Assembly: GCA_963662285.2 (NCBI GenBank)
Contig: CAXXMV010000001.1
Coordinates: forward strand, 320,001-384,000
DNA length: 64,000 nt
Origin: a bacterium
GTDB lineage: Bacteria > Hinthialibacterota > Hinthialibacteria > Hinthialibacterales > Hinthialibacteraceae
Direction of reading: 5' to 3'
Made by a program: the position numbers and the translations under genes
In this document: positions 18,272-30,297 of the stretch, piece by piece
Layout: every line of letters begins with the position of its first letter
Position numbering within the stretch: the stretch's first letter is position 1
The notes under the pieces: generated by a model
What the model was told of the DNA's origin: nothing
Database searches by the model: none
What the model saw: the letters and a program-made list of their open reading frames with translations, nothing else

Positions 18272-19981
18272 ATGGTTGGGACGATGAACGATAAACCTTT
18301 TAAGCTTTACTCGCTATTTCTGGTTGTGCTCATTGTTTTGGCGATTGCGCTGCCTTTCGCCGACAAGGCATTTCATATCGACGATACCTTCGTGCTGGGG
18401 ATTACCAAGAATATCCTGGAGAATCCCGCCGATCCCTTTAAGGGAGATTTCGATTGGCATGGCTACATGCATCCCATCTGGCAAACTACTACCAATCCAC
18501 CATTGGTCAGCTATTATCTCGCTGCTTTTGTCGCCAATTATGGTTATTCAGAGATAGCGCTTCATGTGGCGATGATGTTATTCCTGTTATTGCTGGGTTG
18601 GGGAACCGTCATGCTCTCTCACCGCTTTGCGGGGGGGTCGAACATTCCATTATTTTTCGTTATGTTTAGTCCGGCGGTTATGGTGTCGGGCAATGTCATG
18701 CGCGATATTCCAGCGGTTGGTTTGGCCGTAGCTGGCATAGCGCTTTTTATAATGGGAACCGACCGGCAGAACCGTTTCCTGCTATTGCTGGGTTCCTTAT
18801 TAGCCGGTCTGGCTGTTCTGGCTAAATATTCGGCGATTACCGTTCTACCAATTCTGATTCTATATCCACTCTTTAAGCGAAAAATTAAGCCTATATTCTG
18901 GATAATCCCAGGAGCATTGCTTTTCGGCGCCTGGTGTATGCATAACATCGCTTTATATGAGCAGATGCATATCACTTTTTTGATGGAAAATAAACGCTCC
19001 CTCTCTGGCATCCCCTGGGAGGATAAAGCATTCGGCGCACTAGTGATTTTCGGCAGCATGATTTATCTGCTTCCGGTATTGCTGTTCGGTGAACTGGCGC
19101 GTAAGCGGTGGATTGCTTTTGCGGGATGTCTTCCCATCGGCATACTGGCCTTTTGGGGAGTGCAACGTCATTTCGGGTGGAATGCGGATGTACAGTATTT
19201 AATCTGGGCGGTAACCGGGGCGCTGCTGCTTTACCTGTGTATGTTTGAAGGTTTGCGGCGCGGTTTGCGTTTTTTACGTCATTTGAAGGATGAAGACGCC
19301 AGCGACTCGTTGTTTTTATTGGCTTGGTTATGCGCTCCAGTGCTATTCAGCATTATATTTGTTCCATTCCAGGCAGTGCGTCATCAATTGCTGGCGCTGG
19401 TTCCATTGATGCTGCTGGGCTGGCGAATGCTATACAAGGCACGTGAAAAACGCAGGGCATTCATCACCTCATGCGTAGTGATTCTCTTCTTGCTGCAAGC
19501 AACGGTCAGTTATATGGTGACCACGTCGGATTATCAACTGGCTGATACCTACCGCATGATGGCGAACTATGCCAAACAGAAATTCGATGCAAAGAAAACC
19601 TGGTTCGTGGGACATTGGGGTTGGAAATATTACGCCGAAGAAGCCGGATTCAAAATGCGCCACCGTGACGGCGAGTTGCCCAAGCCGGGCGATGTTGTTC
19701 TATGGCCGCTACGGGTTCATTTCGGTGAGGTCTGGAATGACTTGAAGGGCGACAGCGCTTTTACAATACTCTCGCCACGCACCATCGATAAGGTGACTTA
19801 TAAAACGCCTATTCCAATCAGAACCATGAATTTCCAGGGCGCTGCATTCTACGCCGTCATCGGCGATAACTTACCATACCGCTACGACGAGAATATCCCT
19901 CTGGAAATGCTCAAGATTTATGAAGTCAGTGATTATAAGGCGGCTGATGTTCTTAAAAAGATTGAGAATGTAGAGGAATAA
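18272..19981 (+). CDS. GT-C fold membrane glycosyltransferase (ArnT/PMT_2, GT39/GT83-like)
   Basis: HIDD in first loop; NPPL; LAVLAKYS; many TMs; follows the GT2. Confidence 0.8.
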   Translation: MVGTMNDKPFKLYSLFLVVLIVLAIALPFADKAFHIDDTFVLGITKNILENPADPFKGDFDWHGYMHPIWQTTTNPPLVSYYLAAFVANYGYSEIALHVAMMLFLLLLGWGTVMLSHRFAGGSNIPLFFVMFSPAVMVSGNVMRDIPAVGLAVAGIALFIMGTDRQNRFLLLLGSLLAGLAVLAKYSAITVLPILILYPLFKRKIKPIFWIIPGALLFGAWCMHNIALYEQMHITFLMENKRSLSGIPWEDKAFGALVIFGSMIYLLPVLLFGELARKRWIAFAGCLPIGILAFWGVQRHFGWNADVQYLIWAVTGALLLYLCMFEGLRRGLRFLRHLKDEDASDSLFLLAWLCAPVLFSIIFVPFQAVRHQLLALVPLMLLGWRMLYKAREKRRAFITSCVVILFLLQATVSYMVTTSDYQLADTYRMMANYAKQKFDAKKTWFVGHWGWKYYAEEAGFKMRHRDGELPKPGDVVLWPLRVHFGEVWNDLKGDSAFTILSPRTIDKVTYKTPIPIRTMNFQGAAFYAVIGDNLPYRYDENIPLEMLKIYEVSDYKAADVLKKIENVEE

Positions 19982-20029
19982 TCCGGGGGATTAAAATAAT
20001 GTAAAAAAACACTATATGAATTGAATTCA

Positions 20030-21859
20030 ATGATTACCAGTGAGCGACTTTCTCTTCTGCCAAACCAGCCGGGGGTGTACCTGATGAAAAATGCAGGTGG
20101 GAAAGTTTTGTATATTGGTAAAGCCATCGATATTCAAAAACGGGTTCGTTCTCATTGCTATAGGCGTGATGGGAATTTCGCTTCTCCCTTCGTGGAATTG
20201 GTCGATCAAGTGGATGTGATTATTACCGATGGAGATGCCGAAGCGCTGATTCTGGAATATAACCTTATCAAACAGCATAATCCTCCTTTCAATGTCAAAC
20301 TGAAAGACGATAAAAGATATCCCTATATAAAATTAACTATTCAGGAAACTTTCCCACGGGCTTTTTTAACCAGAACCGTCGAACCTGACGGCGCCAAATA
20401 TTTCGGCCCGTTTCCCCATGCCAATCATGCGCGCAGAACCTTGATGGGATTGCATGAAATATTTCCTCTGCGCACCTGTAAATATGAATCGGCGAAGTTG
20501 CTCAATGTCCGGCCATGTCTGGATTACGAGATGGGGCGTTGCTGCGCTCCCTGTGGATCGATTATCAATGTCAGGGAGTATGCACTGTTATGCCAGGGTA
20601 TGGTTGATTTCCTTCAGGGAAAACTTGATATGGTTCTTCAAGTGTTGCATGAAAAAATGAATCTGTACGCTAAAGAATTATTGTTTGAAAAAGCTGCCTT
20701 TTACCGTGATATCCTTGATTCGGCCAGGCATTTCGTTGACCGTCAGAAAATGATGAACATAACTGTAGAGAATCAGGATTTTGTGGGTTATAGCCGCGTA
20801 CATAATGTGGCCTGCGTCGCCGTAATCCGGCGGCGCGGCGGTCGCATATTGGGCGCGTCACAGCATTTCCTGGAAGATATCAGCCATGCGGACGCGCGGG
20901 AAATACTATATTCTTTTCTCTTGCATTTTTACGCCAATAATACCGATATCCCCAAGGAGATATTCATATCTTCGACTATTGGCGCCGAACGGGTGAGAAC
21001 CCTGGAAAAAGCATTAACCGGATTAATCAACAAATCGGTGGTGATTAAAATTCCTCAACGGGGCGATAAGCATACCATGCTGCAACTGGTGGAGAAAAAC
21101 AGCGTTCATTATGCTGAACATAACTATCGCAAGTTGCACGGCGTTAAGCGGGGCGTATCGTCTAATGTGATTATGCTGCAGGAATCGCTTAAACTGGAGG
21201 TCTTGCCTCTACGCATCGAAGGATACGATATTTCCAACACCCAAGGCGAAGAAGCGGTGGGAGCGATGGTGGTTTTTGTGGATGGGAAATCCTATAAAAC
21301 CGGCTATCGCCGCTTTAAGATCAAAAGCGTGGATCAACCCAATGACTACGCCATGATGCAGGAGATGCTGCGCCGCCGGTTTTCTCATACTAAAGAACAG
21401 GATGATAAGGACGAAGGCCATAGGTTTGCTGAACCGCCAGATTTGATCGTGATTGATGGAGGCAAAGGACACCTACACGCCGCGATGGAAATTCTGGATG
21501 AATTGGATATCCAGCATTTCCCAATTTGCAGCCTGGCCAAGCGTGAAGAGGAGATTTATCTGCCGGGGCATCCTCTGCCCGTCCGCCTTGATCGCCGCAA
21601 TGAGGGGCTGCGGCTTCTACAACAGGTGCGTGATGAATCTCACAGATTTGGCGTAACTTATCACAGAAAGTTGCGCGGTCAAAGGATGAAAAAATCCATC
21701 CTGCGGGATATTCCTGGAATCGGACCTAAAAAAGAGCGCATATTATTGAAGCAATTCGGTTCGGTATCAAAGATAAGCCAGGCGTCAATAGAGGAAATTA
21801 ATGCAGTTCAGGGCATTCCAGACCACCTCGCCATTCTAATATATAAAAGTCTGCATTAA
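20030..21859 (+). CDS. uvrC: Excinuclease ABC subunit C
   Basis: PGVYLMK..YIGKA GIY-YIG; DDKRYPYI; RIEGYDISN; DGGKG; RDESHRF; HhH. Confidence 0.97.
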   Translation: MITSERLSLLPNQPGVYLMKNAGGKVLYIGKAIDIQKRVRSHCYRRDGNFASPFVELVDQVDVIITDGDAEALILEYNLIKQHNPPFNVKLKDDKRYPYIKLTIQETFPRAFLTRTVEPDGAKYFGPFPHANHARRTLMGLHEIFPLRTCKYESAKLLNVRPCLDYEMGRCCAPCGSIINVREYALLCQGMVDFLQGKLDMVLQVLHEKMNLYAKELLFEKAAFYRDILDSARHFVDRQKMMNITVENQDFVGYSRVHNVACVAVIRRRGGRILGASQHFLEDISHADAREILYSFLLHFYANNTDIPKEIFISSTIGAERVRTLEKALTGLINKSVVIKIPQRGDKHTMLQLVEKNSVHYAEHNYRKLHGVKRGVSSNVIMLQESLKLEVLPLRIEGYDISNTQGEEAVGAMVVFVDGKSYKTGYRRFKIKSVDQPNDYAMMQEMLRRRFSHTKEQDDKDEGHRFAEPPDLIVIDGGKGHLHAAMEILDELDIQHFPICSLAKREEEIYLPGHPLPVRLDRRNEGLRLLQQVRDESHRFGVTYHRKLRGQRMKKSILRDIPGIGPKKERILLKQFGSVSKISQASIEEINAVQGIPDHLAILIYKSLH

Positions 21860-21972
21860 TGATAATCTTTTTCCATTCTTAAAAACATTCTGGATGCGGC
21901 TGGTGTGATGGAAGGTCTTATGCTACGGTATATTGCTTGTTTCTTGCTGTTTAGAAATTCTGCGAGGATATT

Positions 21973-23052
21973 TTGATAAATAACAACATGGCTTCAAGTA
22001 TCTTTTTTCCTTATTATTACTTATCCAATGATACATTGCTGCGTCATCAGTATTTGTACGCTCCAACATTGCTGCGGGTTCTTCCTTCGGATAGACCCCC
22101 AAGAGATAGCAAACATTTGAAACGTTTCATCTCGGAACTATCTCAATTCAATTTTCTGGATAATTCATTTCAGGAAGCATTTGACATAGATGTCAATAAG
22201 CGTTTTTTACATCTAGTTGAGCATGGTTTTAATAAGAATACCCCATATTTTGTTCATTGCCTGGGGAAATATGAGAAGGAGCTCGCCTCAACCAAAACTT
22301 TTCACTTGTGCCGCTATAAAGTATGGCAAGAATTAGTAGAACGGCTGGTCGAGTTAAGGATCGCCGAAATTGATCCATATGAAGAATGGTGTTTTTCAAC
22401 ACGCAAGATGGTTATTTCATTAAATACATGCTTAACCATCTCTCAACAGGAGAAACAGGGCATCCCCCGTTGCACTGATTCAATCGAGCATGAAGAACTG
22501 GCAACATTAATTGAATGTTCTCCTTGTGATAATGATGAAGATGTTCTCATACCACGGGCGATTCTAGAGTTCCCTTATTACGCGCCTCAAAATCTGGGCG
22601 CCATGCAACTGGAACGTATGCAAACCATTCGTGAATCGCTTTCAGATGACGCCAAATCATTCCAGAACTTAATCCTGGATAATTCACTGGAAATCCAAAA
22701 GGCTGCATCTAAGGCCGATTTTTCAGATAAGATGCGTTGCTTCCATAATCAATTACAGGAAATAAATGGCCGAATATATGAGAAACTGCAATCTCATAAC
22801 GAGCAGATTCAAATGGTATATGCTCAATACCGCTGGTATATACCTCAGGATTCATATTTATCAGAAATCGTATTAGATGATCCTGTCTCATTGAAAGATG
22901 TCTCGTGCTCCATTATCAATGCTCCGATAAATCCAAATAACCTAGAACGGATTCTCTCCTATCCAGGTTCATATATATGGACGCAAGAATCACCTGCATT
23001 AGTAAAAAAATCTGGTGGTATATTGAAGAGACTATTCTCGTTTGGTAAATAA
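21973..23052 (+). CDS. Hypothetical protein (N-terminus reminiscent of DUF6236-like proteins)
   Basis: 359-aa ORF; FFPYYYL...QYLYAPTLLRVLP pattern; family call weak. Confidence 0.55.
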   Translation: MINNNMASSIFFPYYYLSNDTLLRHQYLYAPTLLRVLPSDRPPRDSKHLKRFISELSQFNFLDNSFQEAFDIDVNKRFLHLVEHGFNKNTPYFVHCLGKYEKELASTKTFHLCRYKVWQELVERLVELRIAEIDPYEEWCFSTRKMVISLNTCLTISQQEKQGIPRCTDSIEHEELATLIECSPCDNDEDVLIPRAILEFPYYAPQNLGAMQLERMQTIRESLSDDAKSFQNLILDNSLEIQKAASKADFSDKMRCFHNQLQEINGRIYEKLQSHNEQIQMVYAQYRWYIPQDSYLSEIVLDDPVSLKDVSCSIINAPINPNNLERILSYPGSYIWTQESPALVKKSGGILKRLFSFGK

Positions 23053-23075
23053 CATAAATCAATTCGAGTTTAATA

Positions 23076-24158
23076 TTATCCAAATTTTCCATGGACTTGG
23101 ATTATGGCATCAAGATGATCGAAGAAGATGTCAGTAAGGTTTGGATCAAAATGGATTCCTCTACCTTCCCTGATAATTCGCAGGACTTTATCTCTGGAGA
23201 AAGCTTTTTTATAGGGACGTTCAAAAGACAAAGCGTCAAATACATCCGCCAAGGCGCAGATGCGTCCAATTAGAGGGATTTCTTCTCCAACGAGATTATG
23301 GGGATATCCGCTGCCATCCCATTTCTCATGATGGGTTAATGCAATTACCTTTCCTGCTTGTAATAACTTAGAAGAAGAACCATCAAGTATTTTAGCGCCG
23401 ATAGTAGTATGCGTTTTCATTATGGCAAATTCTTCAGAATTTAATCTACCGGGTTTTAAAAGGATGCTATCGGCAATGCCGATTTTACCGACATCATGCA
23501 TAGGAGAGGCTAATTTGATGGTTTCTGCTTCTGATGAAGGTAAGCCCGTTTCATGAGCAATAATTTCACAATAAAGCCCGACTCGCTGGATATGATGTGA
23601 AGTTGCTTTATCTTTATATTCTGAGGCCAGCGCGAGGCGGTCTATTGTATCCAGATGAGCTTCTTTCGCTTCCTGTTGGGCTTTAGCCATATCCTCCAAG
23701 GCTTCATTCAAGGAGGCGGTTCTAAGTTTGACCTGATCTTCCAAATCTGCGTAATATTGCTTTACGGTATCCTGCGTTTCTTTCTGTTTTAACAATGAAT
23801 CCGTTCTAATTTTCAGTTCGGTTTGATCCATTGGCTTGCAAATGAAATCATTGGCGCCTGCCTCAACAGCCCGTAGTTGACTATTTCTGCTTGTTTCTCC
23901 CGTAATCATGCAAATTGGAATATCCGATGTTTGAGGATTACTACGGATTCTTCTTACAACCTCAAATCCATCCATTCCCGGCATTTGAACATCTAAAAGT
24001 ACTAAATCAATATCTAGATTTACTTTTTCCAGAGCCTCGAATCCATCCTTCGCCATTTCTGTTTCATGACCATAAGATTCAAGAAATATCTTAATCAAGT
24101 TGCGCAAAGGCAACTCATCGTCAACTACTAGAACTCGTTTCTTTTTAGTTATTTCCAT
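23076..24158 (-). CDS. Response regulator with HD-GYP c-di-GMP phosphodiesterase domain (RpfG-like)
   Basis: REC (VDDE, LLDVQMPGMDG); HDVGKIG; HHEKWDGSGYP. Confidence 0.93.
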   Translation of the reverse strand: MEITKKKRVLVVDDELPLRNLIKIFLESYGHETEMAKDGFEALEKVNLDIDLVLLDVQMPGMDGFEVVRRIRSNPQTSDIPICMITGETSRNSQLRAVEAGANDFICKPMDQTELKIRTDSLLKQKETQDTVKQYYADLEDQVKLRTASLNEALEDMAKAQQEAKEAHLDTIDRLALASEYKDKATSHHIQRVGLYCEIIAHETGLPSSEAETIKLASPMHDVGKIGIADSILLKPGRLNSEEFAIMKTHTTIGAKILDGSSSKLLQAGKVIALTHHEKWDGSGYPHNLVGEEIPLIGRICALADVFDALSFERPYKKAFSRDKVLRIIREGRGIHFDPNLTDIFFDHLDAIIQVHGKFG

Positions 24159-24342
24159 TGTTTAATAAAAAATGAGTAAATCATAAAAATTTTACTCTAT
24201 CCGTGATGTTTACATAGATTTAATAACGACTAATAAAAAGTATAACTGATAAATTTAAAAGAGAATAACGAGAATGTTTTTTGAGTAAAATTAATGCAAT
24301 AAAATTATTGATATAATTGCCAAAGCGTAATATAACGTTTAA

Positions 24343-25542
24343 TCAGCGAGAGCGTACTACGCAAATCAGGCATTTTAAGTAGCGTGATTCCGGCATAGAC
24401 AGCAGTACCGGGTGATCTCTGGCCTGGCCGCGAATCTCCAGGATATGCAATTGTTTATTCTCGCGAACCGCCGCCTTGTGTATTGTATTGAGGAATTGAT
24501 CCTGGTGAATGAAGTACGAGCATGAACAGGTGCATAGAATTCCTTCATCCCTAACCAGGTTAATCGCCTGTCTATTTAAATCTTCATATCCCCGCAAAGC
24601 TTTATTTATCTGCTTGGCGTTTTTCGCGAATGCCGGAGGATCAACAACAACTATGTCGAATTTCCAATTATTCTTTCTGGCTTCTGATAACCAGTGGAAA
24701 GCATCTTCCATAACCGTTTTGATACTATTCTCCATATTGTTGATTTTGGCGTTATAGTTAGTTAATTCTATGGCCGGGCGGGAAGAATCAAGGGCGACTG
24801 CGTTAGCGGCGCCAGCTCGCAGCATTTGAAGCGCCCAGGCGCCTGTATGACAAAATAGATCAAGCACTTCTTTATCTTTTGCTAAACCAGCGAGAGCCAG
24901 ACGGTTTTCCACTTGATCAAAAAAATGACCTGTTTTTTGACCAGTTAAGACATCGGAAGCCAGTTTGATTCCAAATTCATCTATTTCGCAACACTCAGGA
25001 ATTTTTCCGAAAGCAACCTTATCGTATAGAGGTAAATCTTCCAGTTTCCGTTTCGTGCTATTGTTACGCAAAACAATGGCTGTAGGGGATAATTCTTTTT
25101 TCAAGGCTTCTATAAGAACAGGAGTCAAACGTTCCATTCCCGCAGTAAGGATTTGCACAGACAAAACTGATTCGTACCTGTCGATGACAATGCCAGGAAG
25201 GCAGTCTGAATCCGAATAAACTAAACGGCATGAAATACGGCCGGGAAACAGCCTTTCCCGTAAAGCGACGGCCAAGGATATTTTTTGCTGAAACCATTCA
25301 ACCGAACCGGGGATTTCATCCGGGTTGCGTGACAGGAGACGCAATGCTATCAGGCTATGCGGATTATATGTGGCATAACCCATAAAGTTGTTGCCATCGT
25401 CGATCACATCAACTAAAACTCCCGCTTCGGGCAATGGATTTGGATGAACGATTTCGTTGCTGAAAATCCACGGATGTCCAGCCTTGGCTCTTTTTCCACA
25501 TCGCGGCTTAATAATTATGCTGGGGAAACCTGATTCGATCAT
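24343..25542 (-). CDS. rlmI: RlmI-like 23S rRNA m5C methyltransferase (PUA + SAM)
   Basis: GHPWIFSNEI, GQKTGHFFDQ, LDLFCHTG, DPPAF, CSCS, PESRYLK. Confidence 0.85.
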   Translation of the reverse strand: MIESGFPSIIIKPRCGKRAKAGHPWIFSNEIVHPNPLPEAGVLVDVIDDGNNFMGYATYNPHSLIALRLLSRNPDEIPGSVEWFQQKISLAVALRERLFPGRISCRLVYSDSDCLPGIVIDRYESVLSVQILTAGMERLTPVLIEALKKELSPTAIVLRNNSTKRKLEDLPLYDKVAFGKIPECCEIDEFGIKLASDVLTGQKTGHFFDQVENRLALAGLAKDKEVLDLFCHTGAWALQMLRAGAANAVALDSSRPAIELTNYNAKINNMENSIKTVMEDAFHWLSEARKNNWKFDIVVVDPPAFAKNAKQINKALRGYEDLNRQAINLVRDEGILCTCSCSYFIHQDQFLNTIHKAAVRENKQLHILEIRGQARDHPVLLSMPESRYLKCLICVVRSR

Positions 25543-25725
25543 TTTTTATTCATTTCTTTCCTACTAACAGGTAGAATAAATATAATTGCTTTAAAATATT
25601 TTGTATGATTGAGGATACACGATTTTTCCCCCAATTTGGAAGGCGAGTAGTTATAGAGGTTTACATAAAAAAAACGTTATTACAAAAGAATATATTTCCC
25701 AGAATATATATAATAGGTTAAAAGT

Positions 25726-27363
25726 ATGGAATTATTAAAACACCTTGATACATCTGGATTAATCGGCGTCCGGCCATATCAACAAATGTTATTTGAACCA
25801 ACACCAGTTATCGGTAGTATTTGTCCTCCTTCAATTAATGATATTGACGTTGTTTTAAATGGCCGAAAAGAGCACATAATTGCTAAGGTTGACCGTTATC
25901 GATTAATCGATTCTTTGGTTGAATCGCATCAATTGCGCTGCGCCCCTGAATCTTCTTTTGAATCCATAAAATGCCTTGAGCAAACTGATTGCTTCATGAT
26001 CATTACCGGGCAGCAACCGGGATTATTGGGTGGTCCACTATATACATTTTATAAAGTTATTCATGCGGTAGTTCTGGCGCGGCGTCTCTCGAAAGAACGT
26101 CCTGAAAATTTCATTCCTGTATTATGGGATGCTTCTGAAGATCATGATTTCCCCGAAATATCAAAACTGCATTGGTTATCTAAAAACAAGGATGTTACAT
26201 CATACCAATGGTCGGGAACAGGTGATAACAAACGTCCGCTATTCAATATACCTGCAGATCAAACGCCATTGGATGAATTGATCAGTCAAATCGAAGAAAC
26301 AACATTCCATACCGATTTTACCGAAAATATTCTGGAGCAATTTGCTTCATGTCTTAGCAATGCGAAATCTTATCCGGATTTCTTCGATAATTTGATATGG
26401 AAATTATTTGAAGATGACGGTTTGGTTATTATTCGCCCGGAAGATAAATGGTTCAGGGAATTATCGCGTCCTCTGATTGAGCGGGAAATCCTTGATCCAT
26501 TACGATCAACCGCAAGCGTGAATCGAATCAGCGATATATTGCAAAATAACGGTTTGCCTCCCCAGATTCATAAACGTACTGATCGAGCCTCTTTTTTCTT
26601 GATTGACAACAATCAACGGATCCCGGTTTATGTATCAGAAGATGGTTTTTCTACTGATGTTGGAGTCTCATATTCAACTGATGATCTACTCGAAAAGCTG
26701 TATTCCAATCCTCAAGCCTTCTCTCCCTCAGCTGTATTACGTCCGATTATCCAAGATGCAGTTTTACCGGTGGCGACATCTATTTTAGGGCCAAGCGAAT
26801 TGGCTTATCATTTCCTTTTAAAAGATATGTATGATTTTCACCAGACGACCCGCCCCTGCCTGGTTCCCCGTTTCGGTTTAACCCTGGTTGATGCGCGTGA
26901 ACTTAAATTGATAGAACGATATGATATCAGCGCGGCTGATTTAGCTGCTAATCCCTCAGCCTTGGTTAAACGCATCGCCCGAGAGGATGCAGCATTGGAC
27001 TGGCATAAAAATAAACAGATTGCGGATGCATCCCTTTGGGAACTGTTTGAGACGTGGAAAAAACATGCGGAAAATATTGATCCCTCATTAGTTAATTCAT
27101 TGCAAAAGAATTTGGTCAAAATTCAAAAAGAACTGGAACGTTCAGAATCTTTGTTAATACGAAAAATAGCTGAAAAAGATGATCAAGTTCTCAGGCATAT
27201 CAATGCATTGCAGAACGCTCTATATCCTGAAGGTGGTTTGCAGGAAAGAACCTATAATATTTATCAGTATATTTCTAAGTTTGGACCGGATTTCTTGACG
27301 CAAATCAAACTTTTCTGCAAGACCATCGAAGATGGAACGCACTATTTTGTCATGATTCCATAA
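25726..27363 (+). CDS. bshC: Bacillithiol biosynthesis cysteine-adding enzyme
   Basis: ITGQQPGLLGGPLYTFYK, WDASEDHDFPEI, SPSAVLRPIIQD, GPSELAY, P.GGLQER. Confidence 0.9.
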   Translation: MELLKHLDTSGLIGVRPYQQMLFEPTPVIGSICPPSINDIDVVLNGRKEHIIAKVDRYRLIDSLVESHQLRCAPESSFESIKCLEQTDCFMIITGQQPGLLGGPLYTFYKVIHAVVLARRLSKERPENFIPVLWDASEDHDFPEISKLHWLSKNKDVTSYQWSGTGDNKRPLFNIPADQTPLDELISQIEETTFHTDFTENILEQFASCLSNAKSYPDFFDNLIWKLFEDDGLVIIRPEDKWFRELSRPLIEREILDPLRSTASVNRISDILQNNGLPPQIHKRTDRASFFLIDNNQRIPVYVSEDGFSTDVGVSYSTDDLLEKLYSNPQAFSPSAVLRPIIQDAVLPVATSILGPSELAYHFLLKDMYDFHQTTRPCLVPRFGLTLVDARELKLIERYDISAADLAANPSALVKRIAREDAALDWHKNKQIADASLWELFETWKKHAENIDPSLVNSLQKNLVKIQKELERSESLLIRKIAEKDDQVLRHINALQNALYPEGGLQERTYNIYQYISKFGPDFLTQIKLFCKTIEDGTHYFVMIP

Positions 27364-27445
27364 TATTGAAGATGAAAGTCATGAGAACATAGACTACTAA
27401 AGCACGAGACGGCTTTACGGCGCAATTGGCGAGGAGACGCTGAAG

Positions 27446-30250
<2,805 letters not shown>

Positions 30251-30297
30251 TACCGGCTGGTAAAGAGATAAACACCAGCATCCGTTACAATCTTTGA

